Assembly (NCBI GenBank): GCA_002269645.1
Contig: NIVC01000837.1
Coordinates: 77,370 to 141,369 of the forward strand
Length of the DNA stretch: 64,000 nucleotides
DNA from: Macrostomum lignano
Taxonomy: Eukaryota
Direction: 5' to 3'
How positions within the stretch are numbered: position 1 is the first letter of the stretch; every line of letters starts with the position of its first letter. The notes beneath the pieces were generated by a model. That model ran no database searches. It was not told the origin of the DNA and worked only from the letters and a program-made list of their open reading frames with translations. Positions 50,167-62,700 of this stretch are shown one piece after another. A program made the position numbers and the translations under genes.

Positions 50167-51267
50167 AAATGTTAGAAATGACAAGCTAAGGCGAGCAATT
50201 GCTATGAGACGAGAAAAAACGATAGCTCTGAGCCAATGCTCCGTGCGAAACTATTTATTATCAACGATAAAGCACGAACCCGCGACAACCCCCCAACCAG
50301 GACTAAAACTCACCGCACTGCACATCAGAGCACGATGACAATAATAACTTGATACGTACACTCAGACTGAACAAAAGTACAAGCACCAGTGAAATAAGCA
50401 ATCAAATAACAAACAGTGCGAAGCCCCGCCCAAGCCTAACACATTGCTTTCTACCTCTAATCAGTTGATCGGTTCTCAACCTTCTCAGAGATTTCGCTTT
50501 TCAATTCTCCTCTTATAAAAATATATAGATTGGGCCTATCCTTACTTATAAACCGCGATATTAAACAGCAGCAGGCTGCACTGCAGAAGGAGCTGCTGAT
50601 CAATTTCTGGTGACCCAGCCTGGGAAATTAAGGCTGGTCCGCCCTACCCCGCCACCACCACCACCCCCCGCCAGCTTTCGTTTCGGTGAAATCCCTCCAA
50701 AATATCGGGGAGAGAAGCGAAAGGTTGAGTTAGAGAAAAGGTGAGAGAGAGAGATGAGAAGAAGAGGTGCGCCTCCCACCCTGTCCTGCCTCCCACCCTG
50801 CTCAAATCTAACCCTAAGGTGATTGAGAAGATTGCGCTATATAAAGCCTCCCCTTAATTCCTCTCGGGGGTCTCTCCTGACTCTAAGCCCTATACCGAAA
50901 GTCCCTACCGAAAAAATCCTACCAGAGCTGCTAGGCTTGGCATGTACAGCCGATCGCTTAAGGTGGGCGGGCCGGCAGCGACACTTCAGAGCCCTGCGGG
51001 CGCCTCAGCCAGTCTGCGGGGGCTTAACGGAGGAGGTGAATGGCTGGGGTGCGAAGGCCAGGGCATTTCGAAACAGTTTGGCCGGGGCCCATGGAGAAAA
51101 TCGCACACCAGATAATCCCCTTCCATCAGCTTCCCGGGTTTTTTCCAGCGATTTGTCATTCTCCGCCTTCCGTCTCTCACTCTCTTTCTCTCTCTCTCTC
51201 CCCCTTTCTCTGCAAACTTCTCTTTCGAACTTCGGTGAAGCCACGGCGGTCCGAGTGGTTGATGAAG

Positions 51268-51512
51268 CGCCAATTTAGCGGGCGGCCGGAGGGCAAGGGC
51301 GCTGAGGGTAGGTGGCTTGGCTAGTTAGGACACTATTGAGAAATATAGACCGCATTGGGGAGGGCCCCTGATAGCTAAGTGGCCTCTTCCGCAACACCCA
51401 TTCCCTGATATTAAGCGTAAGGAATTAACTGCCAATCTGCCACTATTTCCATATTTTCACCCGGAGGATTAACATCTCCCCGGCCGAGCCAATTTGCCGA
51501 TTGGCTCAGACC
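51268..51512. promoter_or_regulatory. GC-rich promoter-like island with CCAAT boxes
   Basis: GCCCAAT/GGGCGG near 51270 and GAGCCAAT...GATTGGCT at ~51486-51507; no linked gene identified. Confidence 0.3.
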
Positions 51513-52769
51513 CATCTTATAGCATAAGATTACCTGCGCCCAGCCATATTTTACTCCCGTCTGTTATCTGTTGACTCGGGGAATTAGCGAAGCTCGAGTC
51601 CCTGGCGTGGGTGACTGGGGGGGGGGGGCAATCCACAGAAGAGAGAATTGATGAGGCAAAGGAATCGAGCAGCTGCCGGAGACTTCTCAGCTTCACACAG
51701 ATCCTGTCTGGAGAATTGGCCGCTTGTTTCAGGATGGAGGGATATTCTGTTGGGGAAAATGGGGATTATGTGGTTAGATAGAACTCGGACCATACTTTGG
51801 TAGTCCGGGGCTCGAGCCAACACCGGCGGTGAACCAAAATCTTTTTATGCTCGAGCGGCGCCGCGGGGCGAAAGCCTCCCTGGATCAGGAGCCGCTCCGC
51901 CTCCCTTTCGCTCCATCGCCTCAGCCGAAGTCAGGGCGGGTTTTGCTGGACCACCGACCCCCCCCGCCAAGCAAAGAGCTAGCTTATCGCACCTTCCTTT
52001 CCTTTATTACCCGAAAGCTCTTGATGAAGCTGCCAGACGCCCAATCAGGCGTTTGAGTCCCAGGCCTGAATCTGACAGACGTGCAGCTGATTAGCTCACT
52101 CGCTTCTTTTGAACCGCCAGCCTCCTCCCAAAGGTTGGACGTCTGTCCACTTTCCCTGAGTCCGGTAGGGCTATCGTTTTGTCGCTCTATTAATTTGGCA
52201 TCATCTGAAAATTGGTCTGAGGCCTTCAAACATATATACACAGGAAAATCTTTGCCTGCCTGACCCTCCTCATGTGCCCGTGGGGGGGGGGGGGTGACAG
52301 GGCTAAGCCTTCTGCTGCATTGGCAGTCACTTTTGCTTTCCCAGACTCGCTCCCCCCTCTCCGACCCCCGCCACCGCCGCCCACTTCCAGCACGTCTGTC
52401 TGTTCAGGTTATTTCGCCGTGTTCAAAGCGCCGTTAAAATGGCCAACAGCAGCAGACTGACGCTTTGGCGGCGGGAGAGAGAGAGAGAGCGTGACGAATC
52501 GATCAGGCTGCTGCTGGAAGAAATATCGATCATACCGTGTGGCGCTTCCTTGCTTATCCTCAAACCCCCCAATTGAGCCCCCCTTTGCGCCCCCATTTTC
52601 CCCTTGCTGACCTTCTTCGGTCTGTCTGACTGTCTGTTCTCATCCCATTCAACTTTCGAACTTGCCTCAGGGGGAGGCGGCGGCCAGGAAGAAACCAAAT
52701 CGGTTCGAATTTTCAACTTTTTCATTTCGGCTGCTTTCAACACTGCATAGGCTGACCCCTTGTAGCCCC

Positions 52770-53175
52770 CCCTCCTGACTCCTCTGACTCCTGACTCCCC
52801 TGACTCCTGACTACCCTGACCCCTGACTCCCCTGACCCCTGACTCCCCTGACCCCTGGCTCCCCTGACCCCTGACTCCCCTGACCCCTGACTCCCCTGAC
52901 CCCTGACTCCCCTGACCCCTGACTCCCCTGACCCCTGACTCCCCTGACCCCTGACTCCCCTGACCCCTGACTCCCCTGACCCCTGACTCCCCTGACCCCT
53001 GACTCCCCTGACCCCTGACTCCCCTGACCCCTGACTCCCCTGACCCCTGACTCCCCTGACCCCTGACTCCCCTGACCCCTGACTCCCCTGACCCCTGACT
53101 CCCCTGACCCCTGACTCCCCTGACCCCTGACTCCCCTGACCCCTGACTCCCCTGACCCCTGACTCCCCTGACCCC
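52770..53175. repeat. 16-bp minisatellite (CTGACCCCTGACTCCC)
   Basis: About 25 copies. Confidence 0.97.
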
Positions 53176-54268
53176 TTCTAGCGTCCTGGGTCCCCTGACC
53201 CCTTCTAGCGTCCTGGGTCCCCTGACCCCTTCTAGCGTCCTGGGTCCCCTGACCCCTTCTAGCGTCCTCGGTCATTTAACCCCTTCTAGCGTCCTGGGTC
53301 CCCTGACCCCTTCTAGCGTCCTGGGTCCTCTGACCCAGCGTGCTTGGCTACGCCGATGACCTCGCCCTGCTGTCCTCGACCGTCAAGGGCGCCCAACGAC
53401 AGCTGGATAGGCTGGTTGCCGTTGCGGCGAGCGTCGGCCTGGTGGTCAACACGCAGAAGACCGTCGTGCTATGCGTGCCGGACGACACCGAGGCTGCAAT
53501 CTTCTGCCGAGGCGCTGACGGACAGGCGAGTGAGCTTCCAAGATGTCAGCAGTTCGTCTACCTCGGCGGTCTGGTTCCCGACGTCCGCGAGGATCTGCGG
53601 CGTCGCCGAGGACTTGCCTGGGCTGCCTTTCGTTCTATAAGGTCAGTCCTGCAGTCCGAGGCCCTACCGGACCGCCAGAGGGCGGCGCTGTTCCAGGCGG
53701 TGATCGAGACCGTCCTGTTATACAACGCCGAGACCTGGACGCTGACAGACTCGCTCAAGGCTCAAGTCGACGCGGCGCACGCTGGCCTGCTGCGCGCCGC
53801 CTTCAAGATCGGCAACGAGCGAGTCACCAACACGGCGCTTTATCATCGCGCCGGCCTGGCCCGTCCTAGCGATCTGCTGCGCCGTCGGCGACTCCAGCTG
53901 GCAGGCCACGTCATCCGCGCCGAGGCCTACTGTCCGGAGCCGGTGCAGGAGGTGCTGCTACTTACGTTGCAGGCACCCTACCGGCGGGGACAGGCGAGGA
54001 CTCGGCGCTACGTCGACTGTCTGCTGGCTGACGCCGGCGCCCCGGACTCTGCCGGCGGTGCGGCCTTTGTTCGCGCTCAAGCTTCGAAGCGAGCCATCTG
54101 ACGCTGCTTTTGCGAACTGACAGCGTACTCTGTTGTTGTTGTTGTTGTCCTCTGACCCCTTCTAGCGTCCTGGGTCCCCTGACCCCTTCTTGGGTCCCCT
54201 GACCCCTTCTAGCGTCCTGGGTCCCCTGACCCCTTCTAGCGTCCTGGGTCCCCTGACCCCTTCTAGAT
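53165..54268. repeat. 27-bp minisatellite (TTCTAGCGTCCTGGGTCCCCTGACCCC) split by the RTE-like insertion
   Basis: Units at 53165-53336 and 54147-54268. Confidence 0.93.
53337..54146 (+). mobile_element. 5'-truncated non-LTR retrotransposon (RTE-like), RT C-terminal part plus (GTT)n tail
   Basis: ORF 53340-54101: YADDLALL, VNTQKT, FVYLG, LLYNAETW, RRRRLQLAGHVIR. Short 3' UTR, then TGTTGTTGTTGTTGTT. TSD GTCCTCTGACCC at 53325-53336 and 54147-54158. Confidence 0.92.
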
Positions 54269-55264
54269 TCCGCAACATCAGTCGACTGAATCCCCGTTCC
54301 GAAGACACCAGTTTCCTACCGCGCATTCTGTTTGCATAAAAAATGCAGAATCGCAGGCAATCCCTTGCTACGAGAAATGTGTCTGATGAGGTGCGGAGGC
54401 ACGAACCAATCCATCTAGCAGTGTAGGTCCCCCCGGTTCTGTACAGTAGTGATATAGCGAAGGAATGAAACTCAATTAGAGTATTGTCTGAGACGTGAGC
54501 TTGGCCCGGGAGTTGCTAATATTTTTTTATTCAATGAGAACACGGCCGGCGGATGGGATCCCCATCGGTGGAATGGGGGATGGGCGGAGCTGTCGGGAGA
54601 GCTCCTGTTGCTGCTGCTGCTGCTGCTGGTTCGACATACCGGACACAGAGCCAGCTCCCCAAAAACAGGAAGGGAAATAAGAGGAGCATTTTGATACCTT
54701 AGCGCTCCGACGCCAAATCCTTAAATGCCGCTGACAGGGAAAATACATTGCCGCTTCCAACCTCTCCTCCTCATCCCCCCCTCCCATGGCCCGGGACGTC
54801 TGCTCATTTCATTCAAACCGAAAGCTCTGGCACGACCGAATAGTGCCCTCCCCTGTGGCTCGTGGAGCTATCCAGGCTACTCAAACACCCCCCCTTACCC
54901 CAGTTCGATGACTGCCTGCCTGAGCCTCCAGGCCCGACAGGAATACCCCAGTCTGCCTCGCATATACCTGTTGACTGGTGCGCTTAATCTGATACATCTG
55001 GAATAAATTTCTCCCCCCAATATTCCTATACACACTCACACCGCCTCCCTAAACAGTGACTCTAGAGCTCAGAGGGGCGCCATCTGGAATTGTCGGAACC
55101 AATGCACTCCAATAAATTGCGGCTTACCAGCGGTTTGAAGGCCGAGTCCACACCGCTCTCTCCCTTGAGAGTTTGCCGTCCTTTCAGTTTGCTATCTCTG
55201 TTGAAATTTATTATTTCGATGGGTTGCTCCTTACTCTCACACTGACGCTACATGTGCATCTGAG

Positions 55265-56310
55265 TCAATGACTCAGTGGGGATTCAGGGAATCATGACTC
55301 AATTAGGATTTATTGGGATCATGACTTAATGGGGATTCATTGGGATCATGACTCAATGGGGATTCATGGGGATCATGACTCAATGGGGATTCATGGGGAT
55401 CATGACTCAATAGGGATTTATTGGGATCATGACTCAATTAGGATTTATTGGGATCATGACTTAATAGGGATTCAGGGGATCATGACTCAATTAGGATTTA
55501 CTGGGATCATGACTTAATAGGGATTCAGGGGATCATGACTCAATGGGGATTCATTGGGATCATGACTTAATAGGGATTCAGGGGGATCATGACTTAATAG
55601 GGATTCAGGGGGATCATGACTCAATAGGGATTTATTGGGATCATGACTCAATGGGGATTCATGCGGATCATGACTCAATGGGGATTCATTGGGATTGGGA
55701 TAGGGATTCATGGGGATTATGACTCAATGGGGATTCATTGGGATCATGACTCAATGGGGATTCATTGGGTTCATGACTCAATGGGGATTCATTGGGATCA
55801 TGACTTAATGGGGATTCATTGGGTTCATGACTCAATGGGGATTCATTGGAATCATGAATCAATGGGGATTCATGGGGATCATGACTCAATTGGGATTCAT
55901 TGGGTTCATGACTCAATGGGGATTCGTTGGGATAATGACTCAATGGGGATTCATGCGGATCATGACTCAATGGAGATTCATTGGGATTGGGATAGGGATT
56001 CATGGGGATTATGACTCAATTGGGATTCATTGGGTTCATGACTCAATGGGGATTCATTGGGATTGGGATAGGGATTCATGGGGATTATGACTCAATTGGG
56101 ATTCATTGGGTTCATGACTCAATGGGGATTCATGCGGATAATGACTTAATGGCGATTCATTGGGATCATGACTCAATGGGGATTCATTTGGATCATGACT
56201 CAATGGGGATTCATTGGGATCATGACTCAATGGGGATTCATTGGGATCATGACTCAATGGGGATTCATTGGGATCATGACTCAATGGGGATTCATTGGGA
56301 TCATGACACA
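55265..56310. repeat. 27-bp minisatellite (CATGACTCAATGGGGATTCATTGGGAT)
   Basis: About 35-38 copies. Confidence 0.96.
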
Positions 56311-56829
56311 AATAGGGTCACAAAGCCAATCAGTCCTTATGCGCTGGCATTCCTATGGAATTCCTAAATCAGCTGTAGTCCCCTATATAGAGGATTAAAT
56401 GCCGGAATCCGAATAAGGTAAGATAATCTATTTGAGCACTGATATAGGATTACCACCTTCGCGCTAATAGCATTACACCGCAGAGCATCCTTTAGCAGAA
56501 ATTGCTGGGATTAGGCCGATATCCAATTCCTGTTTATTTATGCAGCACGGCTGCAAGCCTACAAGCCAATCTGTACGGATGTCTTCCGTATAGATGGCTA
56601 GTGTAGAGAACAGAGTGCTTGGATTTAGCCTTAGGGCTATTGCCGTGGCTATTGCCAAGTGTTTAGGTAAATATTAATCAATGGGTGAGAAAGATGATCA
56701 TATTCTCAGGTGGACACTGTTCTTAAGGTCAGGTGACAGACCTGCTTCGAAGGCATCGAGGGGGTGCTGTCATAGAGGGGTGCTGTCACCGAGGGGGTGC
56801 TGTCACCGATAAGAGCGAAAGCTACGGGA

Positions 56830-57290
56830 GAGATCGAGATAAAGAGACCGAGAGAGTAGATGGAGAGACCGAGCGAGGAGATGGAGAGACGCAGAGAGTA
56901 GATGGAGAGACCGACAGAAGAGATGAAGCGACCGAGAGAGGAGATGGAGGGACCGAGAGAGGAGAGGGAGAGACTGAGAGAGGAGATGGAGAAACTGATA
57001 GAGAGGAGATGGAGAGACCGAGAGAGATGGAGAGACCCAGAGTAGATGGAGAGACCCAGAGAGTAGATGGAGAGACCCAGAGAGTAGATGGAGAGACCCA
57101 GAAAGTAGATGGAGAGACCCAGAGAGTAGATGGAGAGACCCAGAGAGTAGATGGAGAGACCCAGAGAGTAGATGGAGAGACCCAGAGAGTAGATGGAGAG
57201 ACCCAGAGAGGAGATGAAGAGACCGAGAGAGGAGATGGAGAAACCGATAGAGAGGCGATGGAGAGACGAGGACAGAGGTAGGAGAAGCAG
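56830..57290. repeat. 21-bp purine-rich minisatellite (GAGAGTAGATGGAGAGACCCA)
   Basis: Visible tandem units. Confidence 0.9.
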
Positions 57291-58179
57291 GGGAGAAGAA
57301 CTGTGGAAAGGAGTGAGAGGGAGACACAGAAAGAGAGGAATCCAAAGTAGACAGAGATAAGAATCAGAAAAGTGAAGGCTTAAACTGGTGATTTATTTAC
57401 AGTCAAACACCGAACTCATAGGTAAGTAATGTTGTAAATTCAGCGCATCGCATCTATAATGGGCATCTATCATAGTGAATTATAACCGGCCATTCTGTCT
57501 GACTGGAACTGGACGGCCGGAGTCATAGAACTCAGTGGGTGGTTCTTACGTCTTAGAAATAGCCTCACTTATGTCGTATAGATAACGGCACAAGTAGAGC
57601 CGCTCACCTGCGAAAATAATAATTTCTTATCTTTTCGACTTCCCTTACTAGAGTTGACTGCAATTTTGAGCTGCCAGAGCCCCCCCCCCTCCGCCTCGAA
57701 AATCGACTCAATATTGAACACGGGTGCAGCGAACTTTTGTTGACTGTCTGTGTAGTAGTTAGTGTATGCCATGGGCTCCTTCTGTTCCACCAAGTCTCTC
57801 GTAATGGCATGAGCCGCCCCTTCATATCAATACAATATCACTGAGGCTTTCCAGTGGTGGGGATAAGGGTAATAAAAAAGCTGTTTTGCAACTCCCAAAG
57901 CAGATGGCCAATATTTGCACCTGGGGTTGAGTGAATTGGGGTGGGGGCCCGTCTTCTTTCTGTCTCAATTTTACGTAGTTCAGGAAAACAAGAAACACGT
58001 GGAATAGGTGTCCTTTAGCACCAACAGTTCGTTGTTCTTGTAGGCTCGTAGCTAATAGCCTGTCCTATCCCTATGTTATTTTTGTTATTCTTCATTACTT
58101 TAAATTTATCGAATATGCCTAAATTATAGGATGTTTTGAAGTAGAATCCGCTTTAATCCATCTTAATAACGTTATGATC

Positions 58180-59760
58180 ATGAATCCCGATAAATTCTGG
58201 AACTCTATAATCCCAGGATTTTGAATCCTGATACATCCTGCAACTCTGTGATCCCGGGATTTTGAATCTTGGGATGCCAAAAACCCGTCAATTTTGTGGA
58301 ACCGGTTAACCGGTTTTTTTTGGCCAAAACCGGTTTCAAAACCGGTTTACCGATTTTTGCTGCCAGACCACTCAAAAAAATGTCATTTAGCATGCTCGCA
58401 CCATAAAAATATGCTTGAAATTGATTTCGTATCATATCTTCTTTCTCTAGTCTAGTGTACTCGTCTATATTACCAAATGAAGGTTGCATTTAATTTATTA
58501 TTCTTTCAATCGGAAATTTTGTTAAGGTTGGCAGTTTTCTACCGTGCAAAATGGATAAAGTGGAATAATAACTGGAAAAAGTAAATCTCTGTGCATTAAT
58601 ACACCTGCTTTGCTTTCTAGACTGATCTCATTATCTCATTATCAATAGAAACTAACTGTTTAAAAGCTATATAAATAATATTATAATTTACAAGCTATTG
58701 AAACCCGCGGATTTTGAACCCTGGGAATTATAATCCCCGGAACTATTTTTGCCTGTGTTCTAAAGTCTAAAGTCATACACAAACAAAAACTTGTTAATAG
58801 TTAGAGGTTAATGGACTTTTCAATGAATAGAGGTAAACATACAAGTACAACAGAGTAAATTCGTGTAAAATTAAGATTTAAGGCAAGCATTGATCTCGTT
58901 GGCTGGGTGCTGCGCAGAATATCAGGCAATGTCTGTCTAAAACATGTATTGAAAAACTCTGACCTCTGCCTCTCTCTCTCTACGTCACTTGGATCCTTCG
59001 AAACTTCTATCTTCGCTTCTGTTTCCTCTCTTCTCTCTCGTCTTTCGTCTCTCCTGTCATCTCTTCTCTTCTTTCCACTCTCCTCTCTCCCCTCTTCTCT
59101 CGTCTCTTTCCCCACCTCTCTTGTCTCTCGTCTTTGCTCTCTCATCTCTCCTTCTCTTCTTTTATCGAGCTGCTCTTCTACATGTACCTCTTGACATTTC
59201 TCTCTTTTCTCGCCTCTCTCATCTTTCCCATCACATCTCTTCCCTGTTCTTTCCTCTCTCCTCTTTCCTCACTCTTCTCTCCTCTCCTCTCCTCTCTCCC
59301 CTCTTCTCTCGTCTCTTCCCTCTCCTCTCTCTTCTCTCTCCTCTTAATTGCTGAAAAAAAATAGAAAATTTACTTTCAAGTTTTCAATAACATATGTAGT
59401 GTACACAACACAGACTTAATAGTTCACAATCAGTTCAAATATAAAAATTATAAAAAAGAAGTGAAAAAACCGGACCGAAACAGGACAAAAAACCGGGGCC
59501 AAAACCGGTTTTTCGGTTAACCAGTTATCCGGAATTGACATCCCTATTTGAATCTCGATACATCCTGCAACTCTGTGATCCCGGGATTTTGAATCCTGAT
59601 AAATTCTGGAACTCTGTAATCCCAGGATTTTGAATACTGATAAATTCTGGAACTCTGTAATCCCAGGATTTTGAATCCTGATAAATTCTGGAACTCTGTA
59701 ATTCTGGGATTTTGAATCCCGATACATCCTGCAACTCTGTGATCCCGGGACACTTCCAAT
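58180..59760. repeat. 42-bp minisatellite (GGATTTTGAATCCTGATAAATTCTGGAACTCTGTAATCCCA-like) split by the hAT-like element
   Basis: Units at 58180-58268 and 59547-59760. Confidence 0.9.
58269..59546. mobile_element. Non-autonomous hAT-like DNA transposon (~1.28 kb)
   Basis: Imperfect TIRs TTGGGATGCCAA / TAGGGATGTCAA (10/12). 8-bp TSD TTTGAATC at 58261-58268 and 59547-59554. Clusters of AAACCGGTT-type subterminal motifs at both ends. No recognisable transposase. Confidence 0.8.
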
Positions 59761-62700
59761 CGGGATTCTACATCAATCTCGGCATTTTCTAATCCCATGC
59801 TCACGGGATCCCAATCCCTAGTCTCTTATTAACTGTGACAGAATGCAAAATGAAGCAAAAGCTTCGGCTGGCCGGAAGGGAAAGCCAAGCCAGCCAAGGG
59901 GTTAATAAATGAATGAGTGACCAATGACCACAGATAGCTGAAAGCTAAAACAAAAACCTAGTCACTAGAGTGAGGGATATCTGGAGTAGATTCACTCTAC
60001 ACACACAGAGGCTTCCTATCCGATCAGATCCGTGAGCTCTGATCGAACCCCTTGCAGCAAGCGGACAACAGACGGAGGGTGGAAGAACAAGGCAGGTGTA
60101 ATTTTGCACCCACCCCCCAAACTACCACCACAACCAGCCGCCGCCCCTATTTATGCTCCAACATTTATTTTATTTTATTTAAGCTACCTCGCGAATCCGC
60201 GTGTGTTGCTTGCTTCTGTGGGAATTTGGAATATGAGCAGAGGCTTCTGATCCGTGAATTGAAACTCCCCTCCCCCACCAACCCAAACCCTTCCTTCTCA
60301 GGTCCTCCCCTATGGTTTGATAGCCAGCCCAACCCCCTCCCAATGATTTCTACCTTAAGCACAAGTGAGTGGAGTTAGCGGAGGTAAGGTGGGCTCCTGA
60401 GATAGGCAGAAGGCTATTCAAAAGCTGATTTGTCCGAGCGCAAAAACGCTTTTTGGCTGCAGATCTTCCACGCTCAGAGCTGTCCAACCGCCGCCCTCCG
60501 CCTCCGAAGGGAGCAAGCAGGTGTCTTTTCCTGGCCCGCGTCTTCTTCTAGGAGTAAGAATCCTATAACTCTTCGGGGCGCCTCCTCTCCACCACTATAA
60601 ACTCGCAAACAGGGGGCAGCTCCCTCATTTAGCCAAGCCTTAGACTTGACACGCTTTGCAACCTGAACTGTCACACTAATCCTGCAGCCTTATTTTTAGC
60701 TGTTTTGCCATCTAACCAGCCGTCTAATTAAATCCCGAGACAAAAAACAGTTGAAAAGTCCATTTACCCGACTATCTTGTTTATTTAAGCTTCAGACTAG
60801 ACTTAAGAGATTTTTATTATAATACGCTCGTACTAGACTCAATCGAAAGCAAACCAAGGTTCAATCGGCTGTTGCCTTACCGTGTTGTTCGCCCTCCCCC
60901 CGCCGCCACGCCAGTTCCTCCTCTCCTCCTGAGAAGAAGTCAAAGTTAAGCCTTCAACCTTCTCCCTCCCCCCTCCCCGCTGCCCCAACCCCCAACCGCC
61001 GCGTCTGCGTTTAAAACCTCTCCTGAAAAAAAAACAATTTGATTAACCATTCCCAGACTGACTGGTCCTGCCCGCCTAAAGTCGCGATATAAAGTAGTTA
61101 AGGTTCCTTTTGTTATTTTTAAGACTTAACTTTAAACTCAGTGAGTTAGTTTTGTCTATGGCTCTTGCTGATTAGCTGCTTTAGTAAATATACCTGGATT
61201 AAACAAGAGTAAAGGATCAGTGTGCATCCGACAGTGTAATCGGCTCCATCGACCTGATCAACTCGCTGTTTATAAAGTAAGTGAAAGAATGCAACAGGTG
61301 CAGATATGATTTTTATTCGAACATTCACACAGACAACTCCCTGACAGATTTGTTGCTGCTGCAGGAAGTTCCCCATTTCCCCCTTCATTTCCTAGACTCG
61401 GAAGTCTGGCTAGTAGCAGCTTTAAGCCATCCTCATCCACACAATCTTCCTGTAACTGCAAGGCTGGACAGACCTCCCAGACCCAACCGATCTTGGATTG
61501 GCTCTCTCGCGGCTGGCTCCAACTCTTCCTCCATCAGGCCAACCCCAAACTCGACCGCCACCTTGCTGATACAATAAATAAGAGATACAAACATTCAGCC
61601 TCCCTCCCCCATCCTGTTGTCTGTGCTCTCCGAACTTGTGCTAGAGACAAAATATTTTCCTATTGTCAATCCGCAACAGGCGGTGGTGCTGGTGTCTAAA
61701 AGCCGAAGGCCATCTCAAACCATGAGTGCCGTCATACCGCTGAATCGACGGAAGCAGAAGCGACCGCAAAAATCGTCTGGTAAGAAATTAATTGATCATA
61801 TTTCTATTAATATTGAGCTTCCTGTGTTTTCTTCTCCTAATAAAGGCTTTACTTATTCATTGTTTGTTAGGCGAAGAAGCCAACCCTCTCCCTAGTTGTA
61901 TTTCATAGACTGCAGGTTATAGTGAAAAAAAACAAAAGCTTTTTTGACTATCGCCACCTGTTTGGATCGGTGCAGCCACTGTATCATGTTGCAGCTATAT
62001 TTTTATTTAATTTATAGCCATTTCTTACTTAAATTATTGTTCATATTAGTTAGACACGGTTGAAATTTGCGGCATATTAGTTATGGTGGGGGGGTCTATT
62101 TTAATTTATCAAAACTAAACAAAATTGAAAGTGAAACATTAGAAAAGTTTATTTTTTGACAGTGAAAAATGTCCTGCGCAGGGTTCCTGACCCACTCAAT
62201 ACTTGTGTTAGAGGCTCATTTTCTCTAAAATGAAATTCAGGCCTTCTTTTTGGACCCTCCCAGTACCAGCTAGTGAGTCTCAAATCTCAAAAACTCGTAT
62301 ATTGCGCTAGCGGCGCTATTGTCAAATCCTAACTTATGTGATTTTTGCTAATAGGTAATATCGAGGAAGTCTTTGTCACGCCAAAAAGCTTTGCATCTTT
62401 TTCATGCAGTCTTGGTTCCTTCAAGTTGACCCAAACTGTATCTCGATCTTGAAGTAGGAAAAATGATACGGGCCTTTCTGGGGATTGATCCTAGCTGTTA
62501 ATAATTCAGAACAGCTAGGCTGGCCCTGTACCAAGTCAGGGACCTTTGTCAGTTTTGCTTTTTTTACCAGAGCACCTCCTTGGTTTCCATTTGGTGTGGT
62601 CAGCGGGCAACTCCTGGACTTGTTCTGGGGTCACATAGTCCCAGCGATTCTCACGGGTCAGTAATAATACAGGTGAAACACTACACCCAACCTGTTGGAG

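Larger units (their letters stand above)
45977..50441 (-). mobile_element. Full-length Ty3/Gypsy LTR retrotransposon (Mag-like), very recent insertion
   Basis: 272-bp LTRs at 45977-46248 and 50170-50441, TGTTAG...CTAACA ends, one mismatch (46043 T vs 50236 A). 5-bp TSD CATTG (45972-45976, 50442-50446). PBS next to the 5' LTR; purine-rich GTGGGGAGCAG before the 3' LTR. Domain order PR-RT-RH-IN. Confidence 0.97.

Noticed and set aside
50144-50338. 64-aa + strand ORF
   Set aside because: Antisense reading of the LTR.
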